From Azolla caroliniana (taxonomy: Eukaryota; Plantae; Polypodiophyta), in the NCBI GenBank assembly GCA_043228905.1, contig JBHGNT010000014.1:16988001-17052000 (forward strand): DNA of 64,000 nucleotides, written 5' to 3'. Positions within the stretch are counted from its first letter, which is position 1; each line of letters begins with the position of its first letter. A program made the translations under genes and the position numbers. This document shows positions 10,993-25,900 of the stretch, piece by piece. Under the pieces are notes generated by a model. The model made no database searches. It was given only the letters and a program-made list of their open reading frames with translations, and was not told the DNA's origin.

Positions 10993-13900
10993 GCTTGTTT
11001 CATTGCTTTTGTGAAAAAACTAAGAAAGAAAAGAACCGTATTAATTTCTGTAAAGAGGTCATAATGGTGTATGAGATTGAACCAGAATGTTGTCTCATCT
11101 TGGAGAATAACGAGCCAAAAGAAATGAAATAAATGCTCTAAGAAAGGAAGAAAGGTTTAATGTCGTTTTAAGAGGCCAAGATGGCCCACAAGTCCAAACA
11201 AGAGATTACATCTTAAAATGTCATCTCCTCTTTGAGAACAAATAAAACAAACGTAACTTAGTAGAAAAGTAAATAAAGTAAAACGTGATTAAAGAATCTC
11301 ATTCACGATACATGTAAGATTGTCTAGTCAGATAGCCTGTTTTTTTTTGTCTTCAAAAGATCTCTAGTATAGGTCCATCCAAAATGGAGAGGTCTCTCTG
11401 TAGTGAAAGAAGCACCTACAATGGTGAAGATAATGGCTTTTATCTGTTCATGACAAGGGTGATGAGATCATGGTCCATTAGGCCGGGCCTATTTTGTGAC
11501 AAATTACTCTTACCTGATCAAGTGTAACCCCTTGCAATTTCTTGGTCTGGAGCACACTTATATTGTCCTTGATTGACCTGTAGAGTAGTAGTGATGGGGC
11601 TGCAACCCTCATACTAATATAAGGGTCAATTTCCTATACTTTTGAAGCTTTAGCAAGATTTGGCCAACATGTTGTGAATCGGCCGTCTCATCCTTTTATG
11701 AATGGTGGAGTCTACATCGAGGGTGGCATACTTCTCTTTGATGTGCTTGTGAAAATGCTCCTCACTTTCTATCTCTCCATCACATAACTTGTGAAATGTT
11801 CCAGCTTTAGGTATGCGACACACTCTTCTTGCTTCAATCTTTAGTTGGTGGGGGGCAACTTGGCCTATTGCTTTGTGAGCACTATGTGACATTTAGAGAT
11901 TCTTTGTACCTCTATCTTTATTTGAATTCATCCTTTGATAAGTTCATAGAATGATTTTTGTAAGGCCATATTTGGAGGAAGAAGCTCCCTTGGTGTGATC
12001 TAAGTCCTGTATATAGATAGAACTTCCATAGATCTTGCTGCAATACCTTGTTTATTTTGTTACTTTGAAAATGTGTAGAATATCAAAACAGTGGCAAGTT
12101 CTCGACAATGAGGCTATTGTTGTTTAACCACTTCATCACTTGTATGTACCATGATCTTTATATGAATTGTGTTGTTGGCATTTGCTTTGATGCTTTAAAC
12201 TCCTTGTGCATAATTCCATGAAGTGGCATGGTTTGAATCCATGAGGTTCATTGTCTAGAATAATGCTTCTATTGTCACGGGGCTGTGGCTACTTCAACAT
12301 GGCTGGTTTCATGCGGTGACATGGTTTGCTTCCTGTTAACGAGGCTCATTGTTTGCAATAATGCATGTACCATCGTGGTGGTGTGTCCAATTCAATGGAT
12401 GGTTTCATGTTTGGTAGATGCTTGCTACTTATCATCCATGACAACATGACTAGTGAATGTTGTATTTGTGTCCACATGTACATGTGGAGGCTTGGAGCAT
12501 ATATGGCTGCACTGTACATGAGAGTAGTGGTGAGTGTGGTTTTGGGTGACTATGATTTGCCATGAGGCTATAAAGTGTGCCCAGTGGCACTACAGTTCTA
12601 GCACAGCAATGGCTAGCGCTGCACATCCTTGAGTGAGTCAATCCTTGGTGGTCTGGGTCATAGAGAAGCTCCCCTTTGTGCTTGTCTATGCCTCCTTTAT
12701 ATACATAGGAATTCAGTACTTCAACTTGCTCTTGTAACAAAGTCAAGCCAGCTTGTCTGTGAGTTGGCCTAGATGTGTAGAAGAACATGTCTTTAGTCCT
12801 TCCTTGGTTTACTGTGAGCCCTTTTTGGTGGCAGAAACTATCTAGGCATGGAGATGATGTTGTAGAACTGCATGAGATTCAAACACCAAGATTATGTCAT
12901 CAGCATAAAGAAGAATGTGGAACCTGATATATATAATATGTTTATTCCCTCACAGCTTGCACATGATGTACAATCCAATGAGGGTAGGGGAGAGTAGACA
13001 TCCTTGCATCATACCAAGTGTGTTTGTGATTTCCTCTAATAGCCCCTATGGTCACCTAAGTTGTCCCAGCATTTGTTCATATATTACATATATGACCCAC
13101 ATCATGTCAAAACATCGCAAATCATGATGATCTGCTAGTAACACGTGCTAATGCATTCCTAGACAGAGAGGGATGTACCTGAAGTGGTGCTACATGTATC
13201 ACAAGTCAATATACTCCAAGAGTAGTGGAATACCTGGTTTGGTAACACATGCCACATTTCAATGTAATCCGTGCATCAGAAAAAAAAAACATAAATAAAA
13301 GACTTTTTAGTGTGGTACAAAAATGTTATGGGGTGTTGCATGTTCTATAAAGGAATGGCTATGCGCTGAGACTAGTTTCATTTCCATCCTAGTTTCTCAA
13401 AAAGGAGAGGCCAAGTGTGTGTCCACATTCATCATCCCCCTTGTCCCTGAAAAAAGTCAGTGGTTATGTGTTGGTGAATGTTAACATTTTGTAACAAATG
13501 GGCTCCCGACCAGGACATAACAAAGGGGTTACAATAGATCAGGCAATAACAATGTCATGCCCTGGCCCCATGGACCAGGACCTCATCACCCTTTTCATTG
13601 ACAGATAGAGGCGATTCTCTCCCGCCATTGCAGGTGCTTCCCTTGCTTTGGAGACCTTTGTTGACACCGGCGGTGCACAGTCACCATCAGTAGTCGACCA
13701 GGCACCACCTATTAGAAATATTGAGAATCGAGTAGATAGGTATATAGAGTTACAACTGCAGAGATGGATATATGAAAACAGAATTTCTATTACATATGAG
13801 AGTAGTTCAAAATGGTAGTTTTCCCATGCGCTCACACCTTAGAGCTTAGATAGGATATGGACCGGCTCACTACAAAATTAGTGGGGACTAATGATCGATC

Positions 13901-16900
13901 TGACCACTGTGTGAGAAAAGTGACTTATAATCTATGTTTGGTCTTAATATAAATGTGCAAGTCAGTTGACAGTAGTGGAGATATTCCTTTTCTGTCAATT
14001 GACTTGTCATTTAATATGACCCAACTCCCTAGGTACAGGCTAGTGCTAGATAATACTTATCTTGAAGTCAATGACGCATACTTCAAGACTAAGTACATCG
14101 TAACTTGCCCACAAAATATTCTAGCTGACTTGATTAGCCAATCCTTTTATCTATTTCTCTCTTTCCTAAATATATTGTGTCCTACGCATCTACGGTTTCC
14201 TAGATTAACACCTTATCGACCCATATGGTCGAGTTGCACACTAGCCGCTCCTCATTTGGGGCGCTATCACAAAATGTGCACTCTAAGAGCACATATGGGG
14301 ATAGATTTACAACTTGGGGCTGATCATTGATTATATCTAACACGCCCCCTCAATGATCAACCCATTGAGTTCACTTGGAATTGGGCCAACACCTAGTCGT
14401 CGAAGGTGTTGTTGCAACTGTTCTGCTCCAAGCGCCTTTGTGAAGATATCTGCAGCATTTTCTGATGTTGGACAGTACTCAAGCTCCACAATCTCATCAT
14501 TTATTAGCTCCCGCACATAGTGATACTGAATCTCTATGTGTTTAGTACGTGCATGAAATACGGGGTTCTTGGCAATGGCCATGCAACTCTGATTGTCACA
14601 CCTCAATACCGTTGCCGTCCTTATTGGGACTGCCACATCCATAAGGATTCTTCTTAGCCAAACTACCTCGCATGCCGCTATGCATGCTGCTTTGTATTCT
14701 GCCTCCGTTGAAGATAGTGCCACTGTTGGTTGTTTTTTTACTACTCCATGAAACAGCTCCAGATCCTATTGAAAAACAATATCCAGAAACTGATTTTCTG
14801 GAATCACTATCTCCAGCCCAATCGGAGTCGCAATATCCACTAAGTTGGTCAATTGTTGGCTTGTAGAAGATTCCATAATTTAAAGTACCCACAATGTACT
14901 TTAATACACGTAGAGCAGCTTTCCAATGAGTCTCCTTCGGCTTGTTGCTGAATCGACTCACCACATTGACTGCAAAACAAATATCCAGCCTAGTGTTGCA
15001 TAGGAAAATTAGACTTCCTACTAGTTGTCTATACTTCCTTATGTCAACCATTGGTGATGAGTCTTCTTGGGATAGCTTGCAGTTTGACTCCATTGGAGTC
15101 GACTTCGACTTGCTGTCCATCATCCCGAAGGTCTTCAAGATCTCTGTTGCATACTTTCTTTGTGACATGAAGATGCCGACCGAGGTTTGCCAAACCTCAA
15201 TTCCAAGGAAGTAGTGTAGAATCCCCAAGTCTGTCATTTCAAACTCAGTTTTCAAACACTCTTGTGTTTGGCCAATGCACTCTTCATGGTCACCAGTAAG
15301 TACTAGATCATCCACGTAAATGATAATGATGACTTGTTTCCCGTCCTTCATTTTGACATACATACTTGCATCCGAAGCACATTGCTTAAAGTCGATTGAT
15401 CGTAAGAAGCTGTCTATCCTCTTGTTCCAAGCTCTTGGTGCTTGCTTTAGACCATATGGTGCCTTCTTCAGCTTGCAAACTTTGTTTTCTGAATTCGGTA
15501 TCTCAAACCCCGGTGGTTGTGTCACATATACCTCCTCCTTGAGATGCCCATTCAGAAATGCTGATTTGACATCCATTTGATAAATCGGCCATCCTCTTGA
15601 AGCAGCCAACGCTATGACCATTCGAATTGTTGTCATGCGAGCTGTCGGGGCAAATGTTTCTTGTACATCGAACCCTTCAATTTGGGAGTATCCTTGCGCT
15701 ACTAGCCTGGCCTTGAATTTCTCCAAAGAGCCATCAGCTTTATACTTCACTTTCCATACCCACTTCGTGCCTATCACCTTCTTCTTTGTTGGCCTCTCTA
15801 CCAACTCCCATGTGTCATTTTTCATGATGCTATCATATTCTGATATCATCGCCTCTTTCCACTTCGGGTCGGCCATAGCTTCCTCCACCGAGGTCGGCTC
15901 ACTCACTGAGCCTATGATGTCCACCATCAGAGCCATGTTGACAATGTGGTCAGAGGTTCTTCCTTGCTCCTGTATTCTTCTTGATCTTCGTAATCCATCA
16001 GTTGAAGTTTCAGGAAACTCAACTTTAGGAGTATGATCATTGAAGAGTTGTTGAGCCCACTTAGGTATTTTCTTTACATGTGGGACTGGCATAGGCTGAA
16101 CTAGTGAACCATTACCATCAGATGGTTCAGCTTCCTTTTTTGGATAATGGGTCGGGATTGGGTAAAATACTTCTTCAGTTGATGAGATAACTTGAGAATC
16201 GTTGTTCTCAGCTAGCTGTGGTTGTTCCTCATCGAACACCACATCGCGGCTTGTCAATATCTTTCTTGCCTCTGGATCGTAGAGTCGATAGGCCTTTGAC
16301 TCTTCACTATATCCGAGAAAGATACACTTTTTGCTTTTAGCATCCAACTTCTTTCTGCTCACATCTGGAATATGTGCGTAGCACATACACCCAAAGGTTC
16401 TGAAGTGCAGCACTGAAGGTTTCTTGCCTGAATAAGCTTCTTGGGGTGTTTTCCCTTGAAGTGCCTTCGTGTAGCTCCGATTGAGGATATAAACTGCTGT
16501 GTTCACTGCTTCAGCCCAGAATGGGTCGGGCAGCGCTTGTGCCTTCAACATACACCTAGCCATCTCGACAACTGTTCGATTTCGACGTTCGACAACGCCA
16601 TTTTGTTGTGGGGTGTAGGCAGTTGTAAGTTGGCGCTTAATTCCATGCTCTTTGCAATACTCACAGAATTCTATTGATAAGAATTCTCCACCTCGATCAG
16701 AGCGTAGCTCCTTCACTAACTTTCCAGACTCTCGCTCGACAAACTTATGCCATCTTTTGAAGATTTTAAAAGCTTCAGCCTTCTCCCAAAGGAAGTAAAC
16801 CCACATCTTTCTGCTGAAGTCGTCGACTATTAGCATATAGTAGAGAGATCCACCCATTGCAGGAGTCACCATTTTTCTAGAGAGGTCAATGTGTATTAGC

Positions 16901-19900
16901 TGTAGAGGAGTCTTTGCCCGATTTTGACTCTCTTTTGGAATGGCTGATCTTTGATGCTTGCCCATCATACAAGCATCACAAACATGACTTAAGTCAGATA
17001 GGGTTGGCAACCCAACTACCATATTCGACTTCTTCATCTCCTTCAACACAGCAACGTTGAGATGCCCAAATCTCTCATGCCATTGCTTTGTGTTGGTACT
17101 TGTGCTGTGGTCAGTAGAAATGGTAAACGCGCTCAGCTCATAGAGATTGTTGCGCCTCACCCCTATTCCTACAACCTTGCCAGCAGAATCTGTTATTTCT
17201 GCACCCGACTTCTTGAATCGAACATCAAGACCCTTGTCAGTCAGTGCAGAAATGGACAGTAGATTCTTCTTCAGATCTGGCACGTATAACACTTGAGAGA
17301 GATGCTTTGTCCCACCGGTCGTTGCTTTGAGGGAGACGGTTCCGGTTCCTTTGGCCGGACATCGAGCATTGTTCCCGACCACAACATTGATGGGCTCTTG
17401 TAGAGGTGTCCAAGAACTGTACCAGTCACGATTACTGGTCATATGTCGGGATGCTCCACTATCGAGAATCCAAGACTCATCAACAACTTGAGTGTCAACT
17501 GAAGAACACACTTCTTCAGTTGCGACCCATAACTCAAGTTCATATACGACATTGTTAGCGGACTCGGGCTCTCTCCAAGAAGTCTTATTAGAACCATTCT
17601 TCTCATCCGCCATCTTCTTTCGACAATCCTTGATTGTGTGACCCTTCTTGTCACAGTAGAAACACGATCCATTGAACTTCTTCTTCTTCGGTATCCTATT
17701 CGCATTGTTTGAATTGGATGCCCCTTCACCCTTAGTCCTAGAGACAAATGCTGAATCTTCCCTTTCTTCTCTTGTCTTCAGCCGAAGCTCCTCTTCAAGC
17801 AGCATTGCACTTAGTTCATCAAATTTTAAAGGAGTGGGTCGAACCTGAGTGTTCAATGCTGTCACAATGCCATCATACTTGAAAGGAAGTACTCGAATGC
17901 ACCGACGAGCCATATCCTCTTGAGAGACGACTACTCCAACAGCCGCCAACTGATCTTGAAGATCCTTAATCCTTTTTACAAAGGATTCTACTTTCTCTCC
18001 ATCAGCGAGCTTCTCTGCAGCAAGCTGATTTTCGAGGTTTTGTATCCTTGTATAGTTTCTGGTCTCATACTGGCTGGCCAATATGCTCCAAGCTTCATGT
18101 GCCCTAGTTGTATGTTGCACTAGTGTTAGTACGGAGTCACATACACCAGTGACTATGGTACATAGTGCATCAGCATTCCTTCTCTTCCAGGCTCGAAGTA
18201 GATCAGCATTTGGAGGAATTGATGTGGTAGGGTGTGCAGGGTCAAAGGTTGCCATGGGCTCAGGGTCTCCCCCTGTGGGTCCCATGATTGTTTCCAACAA
18301 CTCGTAGGAATCCAAAATGGCAGACATTTTGAACTTCCATAGAGTGTAGTTGGTTCCATCTAGCTTTCCATCAGACAATGGAGGTGGGCGAATGCGCAAT
18401 GGAGCAGCTGCAACATTCGTGGACAAGGCCATTGATACTCTGTCTCTCTCTCTCTCTCTCTCTATTTCTCTCTGTTGCTAGACAGCAACTACCCGTATAT
18501 ACCTAATCTAGATCAACCTCTTCGCTCTGATACCATATTAGAAATATTGAGAATCGAGTAGATAGGTATATAGAGTTACAACTGCAGAGATGGATATATG
18601 AAAACAGAATTTCTATTACATATGAGAGTAGTTCAAAATGGTAGTTTTCCCATGCGCTCACACCTTAGAGCTTAGATAGGATATGGACCGGCTCACTACA
18701 AAATTAGTGGGGACTAATGATCGATCTGACCACTGTGTGAGAAAAGTGACTTATAATCTATGTTTGGTCTTAGTATAAATGTGCAAGTCAGTTGACAGTA
18801 GTGGAGATATTCCTTTTCTGTCAATTGACTTGTCATTTAATATGACCCAACTCCCTAGGTACAGGCTAGTGCTAGATAATACTTATCTTGAAGTCAATGA
18901 CGCATACTTCAAGACTAAGTACATCGTAACTTGCCCACAAAATATTCTAGCTGACTTGATTAGCCAATCCTTTTATCTATTTCTCTCTTTCCTAAATATA
19001 TTGTGTCCTACGCATCTACGGTTTCCTAGATTAACACCTTATCGACCCATATGGTCGAGTTGCACACTAGCCGCTCCTCATTTGGGGCGCTATCACAAAA
19101 TGTGCACTCTAAGAGCACATATGGGGATAGATTTACAACTTGGGGCTGATCATTGATTATATCTAACACCACCGCCCCTCCATTTTGGATCAATCTATGT
19201 TAGAGATCTTTCAAATACAAAAGTTATAATATATCTAACTTAAGAATCTCACATGTGCCGAAAACCAGATTCTTTCGTCTCTTTTTATCTTATGTACTTT
19301 TATATTTACTGAGTAATATTTATTTTATTTTGGTTTGTTGTTCTCAAAGACGAGACAACACTTCAGATGTAATCTCTTATTTGGTCTTATAGTCCATTTC
19401 GTCCTCTTAAAAGACGTTAATATATCTTTCATTTCATTTCTTTCTCTCTTGATTTGTTGTTCTCAAAGACGAGACAACACTTAAGATGTAATCTCTTGTT
19501 TGGTCTTATAGGCCATTTTGGCCTCTTAAAGATATACCATACCTAGTGTCTTTATGTTTGAGGTATCCAATAATTGGGAGAGGGTGGGAGATGGTCCAAT
19601 AGTTGGGAGAGAAACCTGGTTTAAGTGTTCATATTTGTTATACATTTCTGTTTCTCAGGATGGGAGACCAAATGCTATACATGGTCTTGAGGTTCGTAGT
19701 TGGATTTTGCAAATTGTTACTTTTGTTTTACTTTTTTTTCATAGTTCTCTTAGCTTGTCTTTGTTTGCTGATGAGCAGGATATGTGGAATGTAACTCCGG
19801 TTCCCGAGCTCTTAGGTGCTCTGCCTCAAGAATATACTCTGGAAACAGCATTGGCAGATCTTTTGGTGAATATTCCTTGTTTATGGACCATTTACTCTTT

Positions 19901-22900
19901 AAGTGTACTACACAATGTATGCACATAAATATATGTCTTAAAAAATATATTTTATTACATGCATATACGCATTCTTATTATACCTAGAGTGTTGATCGCA
20001 ACCATCTGACAGAGTTGTTCTTGATAGTGTCAGATCTGGGCTCTTTATTAGGGATTATACCTGGTTCGGAACTCTACTCAGTTACATTGCAACATACCCT
20101 GCACATCATCTGTTGCAGCATTTGACACCTTTTAGGCATTTTTCTTTTCAAGTTATCTACGAAGAATAGACCTACACATATGTTATGTTCGATTATACGC
20201 GAATTCCAAAGTTATGCTTGAAGATTAACATTCACATCTCCTCCTAATTTCATAGCAACTTGTATGGTACCAGGCTTCATAGCACTCTATGGGAATAACT
20301 CCAATGCATCTTGATAGCAACTCACAAAACATAAAGCTCATTGCATATACATGTTCTGGCCATCCTCACTAAATTTTAATTGTTTGTGATGTATTATGGA
20401 GTTTCTCTTACATGATCAAAATTGTTCTTCTTCAGGATAACTCCCTTCAAGCAGTTTGGGCAAATGCCACTAGTGAACAACGTTTAATAAGGTTTCACAT
20501 TATTTTTTGGTCCAGTGTTATCTCATGTTTTTCTCTCTCCAAGTTGATCTAATGGAATGTCCCGATGTTTACAGTATAACAGTAAATACTGATAAAATTA
20601 CGATTTTTGATAATGGCCAAGGAATGGACAGTTCTAGAGAAAACTCAATTGCGAAATGGTACATAATAATTATCATATACACATTTCTTTAAAATTGAGA
20701 CAGTGTTTTTCATAATATCAATGATAATTGCTTTAAAGTTCAGAATGCTGTAGATATGAGATTTCAGAATAATCAAAAGATAAACTTACCTCAAAACAAT
20801 CTCGATTGACACTTGTGTACTTTCATGTTTACAGGGGGACAATGGGATCCTCTAGCCACCGGGGTGTTAGATCATTGGCTGTAGGAGGAGACCCTCCTTT
20901 TCTTAAGGTCTGAAATAGTTCGTATTAGAAACTCAATAGATGGTTATGTTTGCAGGCATGTATTCATGAAATACTTGTACAATTGTTTGCAGCCCTATTT
21001 TGGAATGTATGGATTCGGTGGTCTTATTGCCGCAATGCACCTAGGAGAGTATGTTGTAACCATGGGATTTGTTAAATAGTAATTTTCTTCATGATAGGAA
21101 TGATTGTCTGTCTGTCATATACAGTTCTTAGAGCATTACATTTGTATGTTTATATTCAATCATTCATGATCATGTATTTCTTTTTGCCCTGAAGTTTTCA
21201 TGGGTTTCTGAAAATGTTTTTAATGATCACGAGAGTAAGCTTTTATCACATCATTTCACTTGGTGAGAAAGCTGGATTCTCCAGGGTGGTTCTAGAACCT
21301 GGAAAAGAAATATTATATTTTAAATATTGAAGTCATATGTTGCACATGTTGATTATGTTTTAACTTAATAGTGTTGCAGCTGTTTCATCGAAGACAAAGT
21401 CATCAAAGAAGGTTGTTACCTTGATGTTAGAGAAGGATAAGTTAATGGAGCGATGCAAAACTGATCGTGTGTGGAAGGTAGAACTAGGATGTCTATTATA
21501 AATGGGGTTATGCTTTGAATCTGGTTCTTTGTCTATTGCACAAAATAATAATTCAGAAAATTTTAAAGAAGAGTATTTCAAAGAAGGTGGCACGTTTGTA
21601 TCTGTTAAAAGGTGAATAACGTCTTAATTGAGAGAAGAATTAAACTTCGGGGACAGGTGGTTATTCACAGCTAAACTCTTCTCAACATTATTTCTTACAT
21701 TTTAAATACTGAAGATCTTGCTATTGTTATCGAAGACTAAATCATAGCGTTTTCATTCAACACAGTTGCCCCACTGAACTGAATTAGTGGAAACATAAAT
21801 CAAAAGACAAGAAACAGGGAAAATAATTATTTTCTTTTGTGTCAATTGTCTATTTGTTTCTTTTCAATGATTTCCTCCTCACATGATTCTATTTCCTCCT
21901 AGTAAAATAAATCTCTCAGGCATAAATGAGGTGGTCGGCAGAGAAAAAACTGGAGTTTCCCCAATATAGCCACTTATCTAACAATTGGCAAGGAAAATCT
22001 TGTAAGAAATGAATATCCAAAAATAGGCATCTCTGTAAGAAAATATGGTCTATTAGAGGCCTATGACTTTCTATATTTTTCTCCCAACCAAAGGTTTTTT
22101 TTCCCACTGCAAACATTATTGAGCAATGTATGAAGTGCATGCACTAACAATTATGTCATTAAGTTTATGTTATTTATTACATGTCATACTTTATTTTGGG
22201 AATTAATTTTTATGATTTACAGACACGAGGAGAGTATCGGGATCCCACAACCGAAGAACTTAAAAAATCGACACATGGCTCCTTCACAAAGGTTAGTCCT
22301 CATTTTTCTTTCAAATAATATGATTGATGAGGTATTGCTGCAATATGATATATGGACAATAACTTGTTCCATTATATCCCACCTCTGTATCAAAGATAAC
22401 ACAATCTATTAGATGCTTATCAGTGATCATGTCTTGTGTTCAAAATGGATGGAATGATGTCATCTTTGCAGAAACTGACTAAGCAAACATGCCTATTACT
22501 GCTCATCAAAATGAATTTGAGGGTGATGGTATCTTTGCGATCAGCAATATGTAACATGTGACCGTATCTCTCTACACGTCTAAAAAAGGGAGGTCTCCAT
22601 ATGAGCTGTGTATTTGTAGAGGAACATATGGCATAAACATTGCTGATTAATTTTTTTGCCAATCCCAAGCTACAGCAAAGAGAGCTTGTTTGTAGCCAAT
22701 AGTCTGAGCCCTCCCTGAGCTCATGGATAATCCTGTAAGATACCACTCTGTAAAATATTGGTGGAGTGGATGAGGGTTCACCTGATTTACCCTTCCTTTC
22801 CTGGCCGTTCCCTGGAATAGAATCAATATTAGTTAGGCCTTTAAATTGTGCACCCAGGTAATATAGCCCAACAATCCAATGCCTTGTTTTCTAGGACAGT

Positions 22901-25900
22901 GTTATGCGATTTATCATATTACCATCAAAGAGAAACGTGTCTAATGTAACCATTATTTATTGGATGTTGCTCACATATTTCTTCTGATTTAGTCTGCCAG
23001 ACTTTAGTGCACAGCAGGATCTTGTGTTAGAATTTTTTGTTTATCTGCATGCACCTTTTTTCTGCCTATAATTAGAACTCCAAGACTTGATATTAAGTGG
23101 AAAAACTGGATTTCTGGGTTCTATATAAAGCTATATATTCACTTTATTCTATTGCTATGATAAAACATATTAAGCAGGTACTGATTTTGGGGAATCATTA
23201 TTTCTGCAGGTTGAGTTGTCAAAACTTAAGCGGAAATTGTGGGATGAAAACCGTTTAAAGTGTATGCTGAAGGATATCTATTTTCCATATATTCAGGTTG
23301 ATTATGTCGAAGGTTGATTATGTCGACCACCTCATTTATGTCTGAGAGATTTATTTTTTGACGTTTTTGTTTCTTAATATGCTTGAGAGATTTATTTGAA
23401 TGTTTTCTTCTTTATTATGAACAGTGTGATATAAGCGACACTTCGGAAAGAACCACAACACCAGTTCGTTTTGAGGTTCGCTTGCACAATCTCATAACTT
23501 CTTTTGTTCAAAGGATTTTTCTTTCAGAAGAAGGTTCGCAACTATTGGATAATTGTGTAATATTTAAGTGTACTGGAGGTTGTAGAGCAGTCAGAGGATG
23601 TGATGAAAGTAATGAATTTCTTTATATAACCATAAGGTAGAATCTGATGCTTCCGTAAGAATAAATCCCTGTAGCTAGCGTAGTTTTTACAAGTTTTGTG
23701 CACTTCTGACATCCATCCATTGACTACTTTAGGTGAACGAAACCGATCTGGCAGAAGTGGAAGGTGGAGAGGTTGCTCTCACCAACATGCACTCTGGAAA
23801 TGGTTATCCATTTGTTATTGATTTGCATTTGCAGAAACAAACTCAGAACTATGAAGGTAATAGTTGCGTGTCTTTCTTGCTTCAGGACATATAATATCAA
23901 TTTTTATCTGGATCAGTTTGAGCTAATCTTTTGATTAATCAGTGCGCCATGCTAAACAAAGTATGTAATCTTGATATCAATTCCCGTGAGCAACAAAATT
24001 ATATATCACCTTGTAATCTTATGAACTTAAATGAAATCAAGGGAATATGTTTACTGTGGATTTCTATCAGATGTCATCTAATCTCATGGGTAAGAACTCT
24101 TTGATGCTTGAGATTTCATTTGTCTATAGTCCAGAGCAGAAAACATTCTGTTAGAGGACTGCTTTCACCTATAACAGGACCTCGATGTCTTTCTGAAACA
24201 CGTCTCTAATTGAGGAATTCCTTGTGTTGACATGTCTATATTGCAGACAATGAATGTAGCCATTTTTTCAGATACATTGCCTCCTATTTTGATACAAATG
24301 ATGTTGATAGTACTTGGTATGAGTTCTTCTCATCTTTTGACTACAAATAACAGAAGATACTTTTTTATAAGTATACCATAAGCTTCACATATTGCAAGGA
24401 AGAGAGTCGTAGATCGAGAAGTAAATCAAGAACCCTTAGAGATGAGGAAATGATGCCCTCGGTTTCAAGTGAGTGGGAACCATAACAATTTATACCCTTA
24501 ATTTTGTGAAGCTCTATATTATCAGTTTTGATGAGAAAATGTTCTTCACAATTCTCATTAGAAGCATAAAACCACAATATATCTTACCTAACAATTAAAG
24601 AGAACAGTTTGCTTTGCAATTTCTTGAATTTCAGAGCTTTTAATGCTGCATAAGATTAATGAAGGAAATAAAGATAAAAGAAATGAACTATATTAACGAA
24701 GGCCTAACATGGATTACATGTTACTTCTTCATTTTGCCTAAATGATACATTATTGCCAAAGAGTTTTCGTTTAGGTCTCCAGGCACAATACTATTGACTA
24801 TAATATGACATCGAGAAGAAAATTTAGGCATGGATGCTATTTGAAGGGTTTGACATGGTTTCCCATTCTTCTTGGGTGAGTAAACAGTGGAATACACACG
24901 CTCCTACACATACCTATGAGTAACATTTACAGGACCTAGGTTCCAGCTCGTGCCCGACTTTCCAGTTGGCGCTCTCGAGAGACAATGTGCACATTTGCAG
25001 TTCCAAGAGCCACAGAACTAAGTTGTGGTTATTTGATACACTTGTCGCACCAACTCTTCTCTATGGAGTAGAAACGTGGGGACTGAGTCTTAACAAGGCG
25101 AACTAGTGTCAATGATTGCTTGCATTAGAAGGAGCAAAGCATCGGTGCCCCATGATATAATCCGGGCAGAGATGGGAGCAACATCTATAATCACCGAGGC
25201 ATTGTTCGATCAATGACATGTATCCAACGTCTTTGGGAGCTCTCGAAATGAAGGTACAATTGGTTGAAAATGGAGACATTCATTGTTGGTATGCTGAAAT
25301 GCAGCAATGGTTCGAGTCACATGGCATGAGTATAAATGCACTACCCCCATTCCAAAATAGCTTGGACCCTTCCCATCTAAATATGACCAGAGTGGAAAAG
25401 AATAGAGTGATTCGAACTGATATTATTAACTTGGAAAACAAGATAACATGAATCAGCCCCAAAATTTCACTTGGTACGAAGATGGCCCACTACAAGACAC
25501 TTCTTACACACATCAGAGGATGTATTGATCATTAGGCCACCTTATATGGACATACATCTATCCTATGCACTGTGCTGTGTGATAGGGCAGCTGCGAACTT
25601 CATCACATCAACTAGAGATTGAGGTAGGAAGTTATATACAAATACCTCTAGAAACAAGAATTTGCCAATATTATCATCACGGAGTGGAATACGAAGAACA
25701 CTATGTTTGTCACTTTAGTGTCTTTTATGAAATCAGAGGGAGATACCATTGCCTCTATAAACAAGGCTTTGGCCCGTTACACAAGGTAATGGAATATGAG
25801 GACAAACATTGCTAGAACTCAAGAGACATAGGGAAAAGTTGTTGAAGGACAATTATACAGCCACAAAGCTCATCCACAAAGGACAATCACAACTTTCTTT

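Noticed and set aside
13953-14330. Identical 125-aa ORFs at 13953 and 18779
   Set aside because: Both lie in the Copia LTRs on the antisense strand; the identity only reflects LTR duplication, and no domain is recognisable.
19850-20450. Asp in place of the catalytic Glu in GHKL motif I (ALADLLDNS)
   Set aside because: As I recall, plant GMI1 proteins share ADLxDNS, so this is not specific to this gene.
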